Shown here piece after piece: positions 19,572 to 31,000 of a stretch of DNA of 64,000 nucleotides; positions within the stretch are counted from its first letter, which is position 1; every line of letters begins with the position of its first letter. The notes under the pieces are model-generated. The model made no database searches. It was not told where the DNA came from and saw only the letters and a program-made list of their open reading frames with translations. Origin of the DNA: an archaeon (GTDB lineage: Archaea; B1Sed10-29; WALL01); the NCBI GenBank assembly GCA_042584585.1, contig JBHOSQ010000002.1, forward strand, positions 12,806-76,805. Direction: 5' to 3'. Position numbers and translations under genes: made by a program.

Positions 19572-20034
19572 AGGGTCAATCGGAATAGAATTCGTCGTAG
19601 CCACCGCCCTCTTCCTGGTCGCGTTCTGGTTCATCTACTTCCAAAGCGCACTCATGCTCACGCCCCAAATGCAGAGGAGCGACGTCCGCGAAATCGCGGT
19701 AGAATTCTACTCCAGCACACTGATTGCCAGCCCCGGCGAGCCGGAAAACTGGGCCGCCAGCCCCACGCAACTAGGGTTCGCGGACATGGTGAGCGGCTCG
19801 TCAACCCCAGGAGTGCTTAACAAGACCAAGCTTGATTGGGCGGACGGCCAAGACTGCGATAGTTACAACACTACCATGGCCGGAATGGAATTCGCGTGGA
19901 AGGTCACCACGTCAGTGGCCACGTGGGAATGCAACACCGACATACCCAAAGTCGGAGTAATCAAGCGGCCGGTAATCGTGTACTGGAGCGGATGGGCTTA
20001 CCGCGCCGGCACAATGGAGGTGTGGGCGGCATGA
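19555..20034 (+). CDS. Minor prepilin-like protein
   Basis: SKG|SIGIEFVVATALFLVAFWFIYF (Glu at +5); later TLIASPGEPENW..LGFA motif. Confidence 0.75.
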   Translation: MTQTSKGSIGIEFVVATALFLVAFWFIYFQSALMLTPQMQRSDVREIAVEFYSSTLIASPGEPENWAASPTQLGFADMVSGSSTPGVLNKTKLDWADGQDCDSYNTTMAGMEFAWKVTTSVATWECNTDIPKVGVIKRPVIVYWSGWAYRAGTMEVWAA

Positions 20035-20435
20035 AGAAAGGGTTCATGCGCATCCTCGAGGTCCTGATAGTGATAATGCTGCTGTTTACATTGATGACAG
20101 CGGTGGTGAAGCAAAACCCCCCCACGTCAATGGCGACGAACCTTCGGGTGCTGCAAAGGCACGCGACAGACTCGTCCAACATGATGTGCAACTGCGACAG
20201 GGCAGTAGCGATTTTCATGAGCGCGGCGTCCATGAACTGGGTTACCAGCACAATGACCTACGCCCTTCCCGAAGACATTCAATATAGCTTAATAGTAGTA
20301 AATATAACCTCCGGCGATATAATTAAGTCGTCCGGCGGAAACCTGCCTGAGACGGGCGATATCGCGACGGCAAGCTGCTCAGTCACGCGCTGGGGCCTGC
20401 CGCCAAGACAAGTAGTGGTGAGAACATGGAGATAG
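20031..20435 (+). CDS. Minor prepilin-like protein
   Basis: MKKG|FMRILEVLIVIMLLFTL; ATG 20031 overlaps the upstream stop (ATGA). The ORF-track start at 19896 is spurious. Confidence 0.75.
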   Translation: MKKGFMRILEVLIVIMLLFTLMTAVVKQNPPTSMATNLRVLQRHATDSSNMMCNCDRAVAIFMSAASMNWVTSTMTYALPEDIQYSLIVVNITSGDIIKSSGGNLPETGDIATASCSVTRWGLPPRQVVVRTWR

Positions 20436-21643
20436 GAACAAAAGGACAATTCTATATTTTGATTCTGGTGTTTATGATCTCGGTAGTCGTGGGGGTTGCT
20501 TACTTCACGACCGAGTCAAAACAACTGGAACAAGAAACGGACATCGAGCAGGAGCCAATGCTGCAGACGATTATGGACGGCTACGAGTCAGAGCTGAAGG
20601 CATCCATCGAAGGCGGGCTCTACAGCGGAAACCCCGCGTTCTACCAAGAGGTAGAGGCCAAGCTCACCACCCAAGCCGCCCAAAAAGGCTACGGGTTTAC
20701 TTCTGACTGCACTCGGACCCCAATCAATAGCTACAGCGAGCAAATCGACTGTGACATCGAGCTCTCGGTGGGCGAGAACGTTTTGACGACGAGCTTTTCC
20801 CACACCTATGCCGTGGAATTCGGGATAGAGCTGTACGCGGACGAGGACTACACCCACAAAACCACTTACTACGCGCCCGGCGACACGATTTATTACCGCG
20901 TGACGTCGCCCGCGCCCAGCGACACCAACGTGACCATCAACTACCCGGACGACCAGGAAAAAGAGAAGCAGGAAAAAAGCGGCACAGGCTTCGCGAACTT
21001 CGCTACGTTCGGAACCATTGACGTGGACGAGACCACGGGCGAGTGGGAAATATCGCTGGACAGCTCGGCCGACTCCATGAGCACAGCGTTTTACGTCCAG
21101 GAGTCCGTCGTCGACATCACCACGTACGACTCAAGCTGGATTCCCCAGGACACGTTCAACCGCGGCGAAGAAGTCAAGTACCGCATCGTCGTGTCGCCTT
21201 CCGCGAACGTTTACATGGACGTCACCGCCGGCGGGCAGGACAGGGACTACGACTGGTGGAGCGATGCCCCATCAACGCTGCACGAGTCCAGCTTTGTGGT
21301 GAGCTCGGTGGAGAGCTCGGGCACCGTTTTGACTTTGACGGCGATTGAGGACGGCTACTTCGGCGAGGCGTCGGTGAACATCACTGTTTTGTACGTGCCG
21401 TACGGCGCGTTCATTCCAGTGGACCTGGAGTACGAGCACGTTCCGTTTGACGCGTTCAAGACCTCGTGTGGGTACGAGGAGTGGTACGCCGGAACCACGA
21501 CTAACAACAGCGGCGTGCCGTTCGACTGCGTGCCGACGGGCGACGCGGTGGTGCGCGTTGCGAACGAAGTCGAAGTGATTAGTGTTCCACACGTTTACGC
21601 AGACAAACTCCATATTCTTAGCTCGAGGTGTGACGATTGCTGA
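20426..21643 (+). CDS. Large minor prepilin-like protein with Ig-like domains, ending in an apparent half domain
   Basis: TKG|QFYILILVFMISVVVGVAYF; two Ig-like repeats (Y.PGDTIYYRV, FNRGEEVKYRI); C-terminus FIPVDL...GVPF...ISVP...ADKLHILSS. Confidence 0.72.
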   Translation: MEIGTKGQFYILILVFMISVVVGVAYFTTESKQLEQETDIEQEPMLQTIMDGYESELKASIEGGLYSGNPAFYQEVEAKLTTQAAQKGYGFTSDCTRTPINSYSEQIDCDIELSVGENVLTTSFSHTYAVEFGIELYADEDYTHKTTYYAPGDTIYYRVTSPAPSDTNVTINYPDDQEKEKQEKSGTGFANFATFGTIDVDETTGEWEISLDSSADSMSTAFYVQESVVDITTYDSSWIPQDTFNRGEEVKYRIVVSPSANVYMDVTAGGQDRDYDWWSDAPSTLHESSFVVSSVESSGTVLTLTAIEDGYFGEASVNITVLYVPYGAFIPVDLEYEHVPFDAFKTSCGYEEWYAGTTTNNSGVPFDCVPTGDAVVRVANEVEVISVPHVYADKLHILSSRCDDC

Positions 21644-22020
21644 AAGTAATTAGTGTATTGTTATTGGCAGCCCTTTTGGTTGGCTGTACAAACACGGAGG
21701 AAGCCCCGGAGCCGACGGCAACGCTGGAGCCATTCGTGTCCCCCACGCCAGGGACATCAACAGCCACGGCAACACCAACAGCCACACCCGAGCCAACGCC
21801 AATTCCCATTCCAACTAAAACATTCACCACGCAGTACGAAGTCTGTGAAGACCTTACTGAAACATGGTACTGCCTCACCGACAACGGCCTTGTGACGTGC
21901 ACGCTCACGGGCATCAACGCGCCGAGCTACACGCCCAGCGAAATCACAGTTACGTGCTTCAACTTCGACTCACTCGAAGAAACAGAAGAATTCGTTATAC
22001 GTGTAGGTGATTCCCAATGA
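21637..22020 (+). CDS. Small lipoprotein with a Pro/Thr-rich linker and Cys-containing C-terminal domain
   Basis: Signal MLKVISVLLLAALLVG|C (lipobox); TATATPTATPEPTP linker; GAGGTG SD before a TTG start. Confidence 0.7.
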   Translation: MLKVISVLLLAALLVGCTNTEEAPEPTATLEPFVSPTPGTSTATATPTATPEPTPIPIPTKTFTTQYEVCEDLTETWYCLTDNGLVTCTLTGINAPSYTPSEITVTCFNFDSLEETEEFVIRVGDSQ

Positions 22021-25000
22021 AATGGCTCTTTGTTTTTGTTATAGCACTGCTATTGGTGACTGTGACAGTCGAGGCACTGGGCACGGAAATAACGCTCAAA
22101 ACCAGCTACGCCAGCGCCGACTCGCCCGGGGGCGGCCCAGGCGCGAAAAACGTGTGGCGGGACCGCGATGGATTCTACCACATTATTTTCCATGATGGCA
22201 CGAACGACAAGCTCTACTATACTTACAGCACTTCAACCGAGCCGACGAGCGCGGCCCACTTCATTACGCCGGTAATCATCTTTAATAGCGCGGAGAGGGG
22301 CTCGATGTGGCTCGACGTCTCGAGTGGCATCATCCACCTCGCTTATGCCGAAGTAGACGCGAGCCCGAGGCTAGTCTACGCAAAATGCGACACTGACGTC
22401 GGGTGCACTAGTGGCTGGACCTCGGTCGGCACAATTTACAACGGCCAGACCTATGGCTTGGCGAGCATCGTGTACCAGCAGTACACCGACATGGTAACGC
22501 ACTACATAACGCACTTCGTCTACGTAAAAGACACACTGCGGTACCGGGTTTACTACCGGGATTACGACACCGCTAGAATCTCGCCGTACTGGGGCACCGA
22601 GCAGATAGTCGACAACCTCCCGAGCGGCACCACGCAGCGCTACGTCCACCCCAGCATCGACAGGGACACCAGCGGAAGGATACACTTAGTCACCCGGACG
22701 TGGGTTGACGGCGGTGCACTCAGCACCAGAAAATGCTTGTACACCGCATCGACGGACGCCGGCCAGACCTGGAAAAACCTTGCCGGGTCAGTCGGGTACA
22801 ACGACCTGCTCAGCAGCAACTACGTAGAAGCCTGCTCCATAAATGTCCCATCCCCCGCCAAAAGCTCGAGCTACCAAGTGCCACACGTCGCGATTGAAGG
22901 GGCCAGCAGCCACACCCAGTGGCACACGAAAGGAAGCGCGCTGACCGGAGGCACGTGGAGCACCCCATGGAGCTACTACACCAGCTATGCGAACTGGGGG
23001 AACCTAGGGAGCGACATCAACGGCAACACGTTTTATAGTTATTCTAGACGGAACGGCGTCGTCGGCTATGTCTACGCCAGGCAGCGAAACAACGCGGGGG
23101 CCTGGCAGACCCAAGACACACTACACGCCAGCGGCAACAGCGCGCACCAAGTGATGGAGGCGCACGCGCCGCTCTGCAGCCGGGGCGACATCGGCGTGCT
23201 CTACGGAGCCACGGGAACCAGCACCCTTTACTTCCGCACGATAGACGGCGCGTACAGCGAATGCAACACCCCGCCCACGCTCAGCAGTGTCACGGTCTCA
23301 ACAGACCCAATCCAGGGTGGGGGCGAACAAACAGTGACTCCAAGCGGCCAAGGCGACGCGGACTCTGACCCGCTGAAGTTTGTATGCTGCATCGGAGAAG
23401 GAGCGTCATGCACGCCCACGACCGGGAACACCGTCTGTAATGAAGGGCAGACCACGTACTCATCCCCGTACTCGTCCATGACGTGCACGTACGACGCTAC
23501 TGCCGGGGCAACCCAAAGTGAAGCCGCGTACTGCCGCACGTACGACGGCACTGAATACCACATGGAAGTTGGTGGCGCAAACGACGCTTATGACGTTGAC
23601 TCAGACGCGCCAGTGACGACTGACAACGGGGTCGCCGACAACTGTTACGGTGGGGACTGGAGCTTAACTCTCTCACCGACCGACGCTGGTGCCGCAAGCG
23701 TTGACTGGACCAAGTACTGCGTCGACGATGTGTCCAACGACTGCACGCCAAGCACGACTGGGACTTCGGTGCCAACTGACTGTGGCGCCGGCAACGCGTG
23801 TGACGTCTACGTGCGCTACCAATCACAGGACACGGTCGGCAACCTTGAGAGCGTGAAGTCCAGTGGAAACATTAGCATCGACCGCGCGCCCCCGAACCCG
23901 TCAAGCATCACTGGCATAGTGCCAAGCGCGGGCCAGCTCGCCGTTACCGCGTCGCAGGTTACGGACGTTGGGTGCTGGGGCGACAACTGGTACTACTTTA
24001 CTTGTGCATCCGGCGCGTGCAACGACCGGACATGGACACTGAACGACTGGACCCACACCGACGTGGGGCTCGCCCCAGCAACGGAATTCTGTTACACCAT
24101 TACAGTGAGAGACGGCGCGACCAACACAGGCAGCGCGTCTTCACAAGTGTGTGGCATCACGCCCGGGAACCAGCCAACGAGCATGTCGGCGACTGCGTCC
24201 ATAGCCGCGCCGCTTAACTCGGAAAGAGGCAACGTTGACTTGTCGTGGAGCGCGAACAGCAACCCCGGCGGAACTATATACTCAATAGAGCGCGACCAGG
24301 CCTGGATTGCAAACACGACGAGCACGACGTATACTGACACGGCCGGCAGCGACAACACGGAGTACTGCTACCGCGTGCGCGCGGCGCACCCGAGTGGCTC
24401 ATACGGAAGCTACAGCACGGAAGAGTGCGCGATGACCGCTGACCGCACTTCCCCCGCGACGCCCAGTCTGACTGCGGCCGCGGACAACGTGCTGAACCAA
24501 GTAAACTTGAGTTGGGACCAGGGCGACGACAACTTGGTCGGCTACTGGCCGTTCGAGGAAGGCAGTGGCTCATCAACTGATGACTGGAGCCCGGCCGGCG
24601 GCGACGGCACGCTGCAGGGCCCGGACTGGATTAGTGGGCAATACGGGCGGGCGCTGGACTTCGTGCTCGCAAACACGGATTACGTTGACGTGCCTTCGGG
24701 GGCGTTGCTGGACCTAAGCGCCGGGACCAACAGCTTCACAATAGTCGGGTGGATAAATCCGGACCTGTCGCAAGACGTTGGGCCGATTATTTCCACGAGG
24801 GACGTGATAAACGGCGTGGTGACCAAGGGCTACGGATTCGAGACCAACATAAACACCGCGAACGGCATGAAGGTGAACAGCCTACGGCTGGTGCTCGGCA
24901 CTCCAGCGTGGAAGTGGAACGTGTGGGGCTCGGAAACAAACAGCCTCGTGCCGGGGTCGTGGCAGCACGTCGCGGTTGTGGTGACCGGCACTAATACGGC

Positions 25001-28000
25001 GTCGAAGACAGTGCAGTTCTACATCGACGGCGTCGAGTCCAATACATATTACTGGACAGCAAGCACAGAAACAGATGTATTGCTTTGGGGTGACAATCCG
25101 TTGTCGAACCGCATCGGCGGGTACTATCCCGCGACTTACCCACCGTATGGCGTCGGCTACTTCGACGGAAGCATTGACGAGTTAAGGGTTTATGCCGGCA
25201 AAGCGTTCACGCAAGAAGAAATATTCAACGACATGGAGTCAGGGCTAATCACGCACGGCGTGCACAGGGGCGCGACTTCCTGGGAGTACGGGCCGGCCGA
25301 CGGGCTAGCCGACAACTTCAGCGACGGAGACTACACAAATGACCCCACGTGGACCGTGCCCGTTGGCACCTGGGCCGTGAGCTCGGAAAAACTGACACAA
25401 TCATTCACGGGCGGCGGCTGGACAAAGATAACCGCCGGGAGCTCCAGTTGGGACGACTACGTGTTTTCTGTCAAAGTAAAGCCAACCACCATCACTGAGA
25501 CGTATCCAAACGTTGGTCTCATGTTGAGGGCGCAGAACTCTAACACGTACTACGGTATCTTCCACCACCAAGACGACAACACGTGGAGAGTTTATGACTA
25601 CCAAGATGCCGCGTACATATTCACGTCAAGCGCAATGAGCCTAGCCATGAACGAATGGCACGAGCTGAAGGCAAAAGTAGTGGGAGACAACCTCAAGTTC
25701 TATGTCGACGGAGTGCTGGTCGCGGACCTAACGGACAGCACAATGTCCACAGGGTACATCGGCCTGCTGACGCTGTACACCGCCGCAGAATTTGACGACA
25801 TCAAAGTAACACCGCTCATCGCTGACGACGAGTACGGGGACAGCGGCGCGGCAGATACCACTGCACCGAACAACGGCGCGACGCCCACGATTGACCAAAT
25901 CGCGATTAACAGCATGCGCGTGAACTGGGGCACGTCCGCGGACAACGGCAACACCTGGTACCACTACATCACGGCCTTCGACGACGAAGGCAACGAAGAC
26001 AACATTTTCCACGACGGGGGATGCGAGAAGGGCACGAACCCATGCTACTTCAAGGCTGGGAGCCTCGTCAGCAGCGGGTACACAGTGGACAGCTCTGTCG
26101 CGTACACTGGTGGATACTCTGTCCGGCAGGACACCTCCTCAAGCACCAAGTACTTCGGCTCGGACTTCATCATAGGCACTGACATTGAGCCGAACACAGA
26201 CTACATCGCAGAGTGCATGGTGAAGACTGCTTTGTCCGCGGGATACGCGAGGATATACCCAGAGCACCAGTTTACGACCCTGCACTTCAACAGTGTGAGC
26301 GGCACAACAGACTGGACGAGGATACACACGTCATTCACCTCCGGTGCCTCGGGCGACGTGCGCCTCCTCCGGTACACAATGGGGACCGCCACCGGCCAAA
26401 CGTGGTGGGACGACTGCACGCTCCACAAGCTCACTGAGACCACAGTTACTACCGGCGTTGGCTCGGACGACTATTATGTCTACAACACAGTCGGCAGCGG
26501 CGATGGTGGGACGAACAGTAGTTGGCAGGCGACCCCCTACACCGACACCAGTCTGTCGGCTAACACTCAATACTGTTACAAGGTCCGCGCAAGAGACAAT
26601 GCGGGAACGCCGAATGTCGGCGACTTCGGCTCGCAGACGTGCAAATGGACCCTCCCGGAAGACCCTGACGCCATCTGCACGTCCGGCCACGTGGCTGGCA
26701 CATGGAGCAGCAACAACGACCCCTCCTTCACCATCGACGGCGATGCAAACGCGTACCACTACGATTGGAACGGCGCGTCAAGCGACACGATTACCACCGG
26801 TGACTCGACAATCACAAGCCCACACACGTTCACGGACACCGCGGACGGCACTTGGTACCTGCACCTCATAAGCGCGAACCCAGACGGCGCAGTCAACCCC
26901 GGGGGCACGCAAACATTCTCGGTCGGCGGGTGGAAGATAGACGCCACTGCGCCGACATCAGTCAGCACAAGCGGGGGCACGGCGGGCTGGCAGAACACCG
27001 CCGCAAGCGCGGGCGTCTCGTGCAGCGACGCGACCAGCGGGTGCGACACAAGCACTTATAGAGTATACAACCGCGGGAGCGCGGGGGCGTGTGACACCAA
27101 CTACGCAACTTACACGCAAACAGTGCCGTACTCCGTCACGAGCCAGCAGTGGATATGCGCCGCGGCAAAAGACAACGCGGGCAACGTAAAGTACCAAGGC
27201 ACCGCAACCGAGTTCCAGGTCGACATGCTTGACCCCACCACGAGCGACAACGCGGACACGGTGACGTGCCACAACATCGACCAAACAGTGACGCTGACTC
27301 CAGGAGACACCGGCGGGTCAGGGCTCGCGGACACTGATTACTGCGTTGACACCGGGAACTCTTGCACCCCGACCACAAGTGGCACAAGCGCGAGCGTCAC
27401 GTGCGCCGACGGCGGCTATTGCCAGCAGTACGTGAGGTACTTCTCTACTGACACAGCGGGCAACACCGAGACAGTGAACTCCGTGGGCACCATAAAAATC
27501 GACAAGGCTCCGCCGAGCACGCCGAGCATCACCGTGATAACGCCCGGCAGCCAGCAAATTGCGCTCACGTCAAGCGTTGTGAGTGACGTTGGCTGTGAAG
27601 GCGGAGTACAGTACTACTTTGACTGCGTGTCCGGTGCTTGTAACGACCGGACCTGGGCGTCCGGGAACACTTACACCGACACTGGCTTGGCCGATAATAC
27701 TTACTACTGCTACAAAGTCAAGGCAAAAGACGCGAACAACAAAGAGACTGTGCTGTCCGCCCAACAATGCGCGTGGACCACCACTCCCGCGCCGACGCTG
27801 GACTCCGTGACTGCGGAGGAGGACGGCCTGCTAGTCGCACAGAAGGACAGCCTTCTTATTGACTGGACAGGCAACGGCGCCACTTCGTACGACCTCGAGA
27901 GGACGACAGACACCACGACCGTTTACTCAGGCGGCAACACGGACTACACAGACCTAAACCTCGACGACAACAGCGAGTACTGCTACCACGTGCGGGGCGT

Positions 28001-31000
28001 TGACGGCGGAGGCACGCCAGGCAGCTGGTCAAGCACAGTGTGCGGGATTAATGCCGACCGCACCGGGCCCACGAGCCCGGTCTACAACGCGACCGGAACA
28101 CAGGGCAATCCGGCGACTGACTGCGTGCACATTCTTGAAGAAAGGGGAGCGGTGGCGAGCGGCGTGTACTGGATTGACCCACTGCAGGACGGCGGGGGAT
28201 TCGAAGTATACTGTGACATGCTTACTGACGGCGGCGGCTGGACGCTCGTGGACAACGACGCGGTCAACGCAGAAGTATTCCTTTCCCGTGAGCCAATAGC
28301 GAACACCGACCCCGGAATAACAGCTGGCAAGTATTTGCAGGAGTGGGCGTGGGGCCCACAGCCAAGGCTCATGGTCAAGAGCTCAGTGTACAATGGAGAC
28401 TTGAACTGGGTTACGTTGATTCCGTTGACTGCGTTTGCCAACGAGTACCCGACCGTGACCACTCAGCCGACCAGCGAGCCAGACGCGTGGGCGGCGGACA
28501 AGCTGAACGGCAACATGTGGAACGACGGCGGCTCCTGGATTTACTCCGGGTCAGGAAGGTTTGGCTCGGTGTGGATTGGGAACGGCGGCGCGCCCACCGC
28601 AGCGTGCAACTACGCAAGCACGAAAGTGAGTGGGCTCGGCACGTACGCCAACGGTGACGTCTCGACGTGCTCTACTTGGGTGCGGCCGCGTGACCCACCA
28701 GTGCCCGCGAACAGTGTTTCGTTCGAGTGGACCCAGGGCGACTCGAACCTAGTGCTTTACATGCCGTTCGAGGAAGGCACTGGAGCGGCGACGGACGACT
28801 GGAGTTCCAGCGAAAACGACGGCACGAAGATTGGGACCTGGACAACAGGGAATACAGACACATACACTGGAGGCGCACTGAACTTTGGCGGCAGTAGCGA
28901 GTATGTAAATATTCCGTACGACGCGAGCCTTGCACCCGACCAGCTGACGGTCATGGCGTGGTTCAACGCGGACGCCTTTGTCAACAACCAGAGAATAGTC
29001 TCGAAGACAGAGGGTGGCGGATACCAGTTAAGCATTAACGAAGCGGCCTGCCCCGGAGAAGTATGCATGCTCGTCCATACTGGGAGCTATCACGTTGTCA
29101 GCTACGCACATTCAAACTTGAACACTGGCCAATGGCATCACATGACAGGAACATACGACGGCAGTACCGCGAAGCTGTACATAGACGGCGTTGAAGTAGA
29201 CTCCAACTCAAACCCCAGCGGCAACATTGTGTACAACGCGAACAACCCCTTGTGCGTCGGGGCTGAAGCCACTTCAAACAGCTGCGGCGGCGGGTACCAA
29301 TTCCTTGGAGAAGTCGACGAAGTCCGCGTGTACGACACGGCACTCACGCAGCGCGAGATAATCGATGCGATGCAGTCGGGTGTAATAGGCCACGGAGTGC
29401 TGCGGGCCGACAACAATGCAGGAGGCGCCACGTACACGCCTGTCGGCGGGCTGATTAGCGCCACCAGCGGCACACTCGCGCCAGAAGACTATGTTCAAGA
29501 CTTCTGGCTGGAGTTCGACTCCATGGAAGACGTGAGCGGCGGCGAGGCGTGGGAAGTGCAGTTCAAGGACGGTGGCGCCTTTGAGTACATTGTCGACAGG
29601 ACATCGCTCACCAATGTGCGGCTGCAGAACACTGCTTGCGGCGGCACGCAGCAATCATTCACCGCGCCAATCGGCCAAGGAGTGTGGGAAAACATAGACA
29701 TAATCAAGCACGGCGCCGACATTATGATTTATCAGGACAACGTATTCGTCGGCGAGACGACCCTCCAGTCCTGCAACGACCCATTCGACACAATCACAAT
29801 CAGCGGCGAAGGAATGAAGAACATCAGGCTCGTGCCGTTCAACTACGACAACGAGATTACCGACACGGTTGCAAAGGACGAGACCGGGCCCAACACGCCA
29901 AGCGCGCCGACTGTCACGGCGGTGTCAACCAGCAGCCTGAGTGTTGATTGGACTGAGGTCACGGACAACGGCGACGACTGGTTCCACGTTGTTACTGCAT
30001 GGGACGACAACGGGAACGACGACAACATACTCAACAACTGGCCCAGCATCAAGGAGTACTACGGGCTTGCGGGATATCCCTTCTGGAGCGACGCCACGCT
30101 CCGCAGCAGCGGGCGCGTTGAGCCCGGTGAAAGGATAATGATACAGTTCTACGAAAAGCTCCACCCCCTCTCGGCCGCGGACAGTGACTGGGTGAGCTGC
30201 TACATATATGAAACCGGGCCATGGGCAAACTCGTGCAGCGACTCAAGCGCCGCCACAACATGGGACTGGGGACAGTGCAACCGCATCGTGGGCACTGGCG
30301 GCACGGACTACGTGGTCGGCTGCTACCACGGGCCCAACAACGAGCACACCGCAGACGGCGCATATGTGCGGGACCTACGGCTCCGCAAAGTCCACGAGGA
30401 AACCGTCATCACAAACACAAAAGACTACTACGTCGCCGGGACGAGCCTGAACGCGTGGTACACGAGCGGCGCGCAGGCCGCGGGCAGCCTCTCGAGCAAC
30501 ACGCAGTACTGTTACACTGTCAAGGCGCGGGACAACGGGCTCAACGAGGGAACGGCGAGCGGCTCCGGGTGCAAGTACACCTTGCCGGTCGACCCGACGT
30601 TCTCGGTGAGCCACACCGCGAGCCAATGGAGCGCGGACGACACCGTGGAATTCACGGTCAGCAACTCGGACGGCGCTACTTACTACTACGTTTGGGACCA
30701 GAACCCGGGGACAAACCCAACCGGTGGGACCACGTGGGACGGGACACTGCTCACCAAGACCGCGACTGCGGACGGCAACAACTGGTACCTCCACGTTGTG
30801 GCGGAAAACCCGGACAACGCCCAAAACCCGAATGGCGCAGAGCACCTCGGGCCGTACTTCATTGACACGACCGGGCCGTCGAGTGTTAGTACAACTGGCG
30901 CCCCGGCGGGATGGCAGAACACTGACGCCAGTGCGAGTGTTTCGTGCAGCGACGCGAGCAGCTTGTGCGACTCGGCGACTTACAGGGTTTACAACCGCGG

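Noticed and set aside
14460-21643. Archaellum operon
   Set aside because: The ATPase is FlaI-like, but there is no archaellin, FlaH or FlaF/G, and the platform is split into two TadC-like genes, as in pilus systems.
21745-21815. Low-complexity CCAACA/GCCAC repeats
   Set aside because: They encode a Pro/Thr linker in the lipoprotein and are not an independent DNA repeat element.
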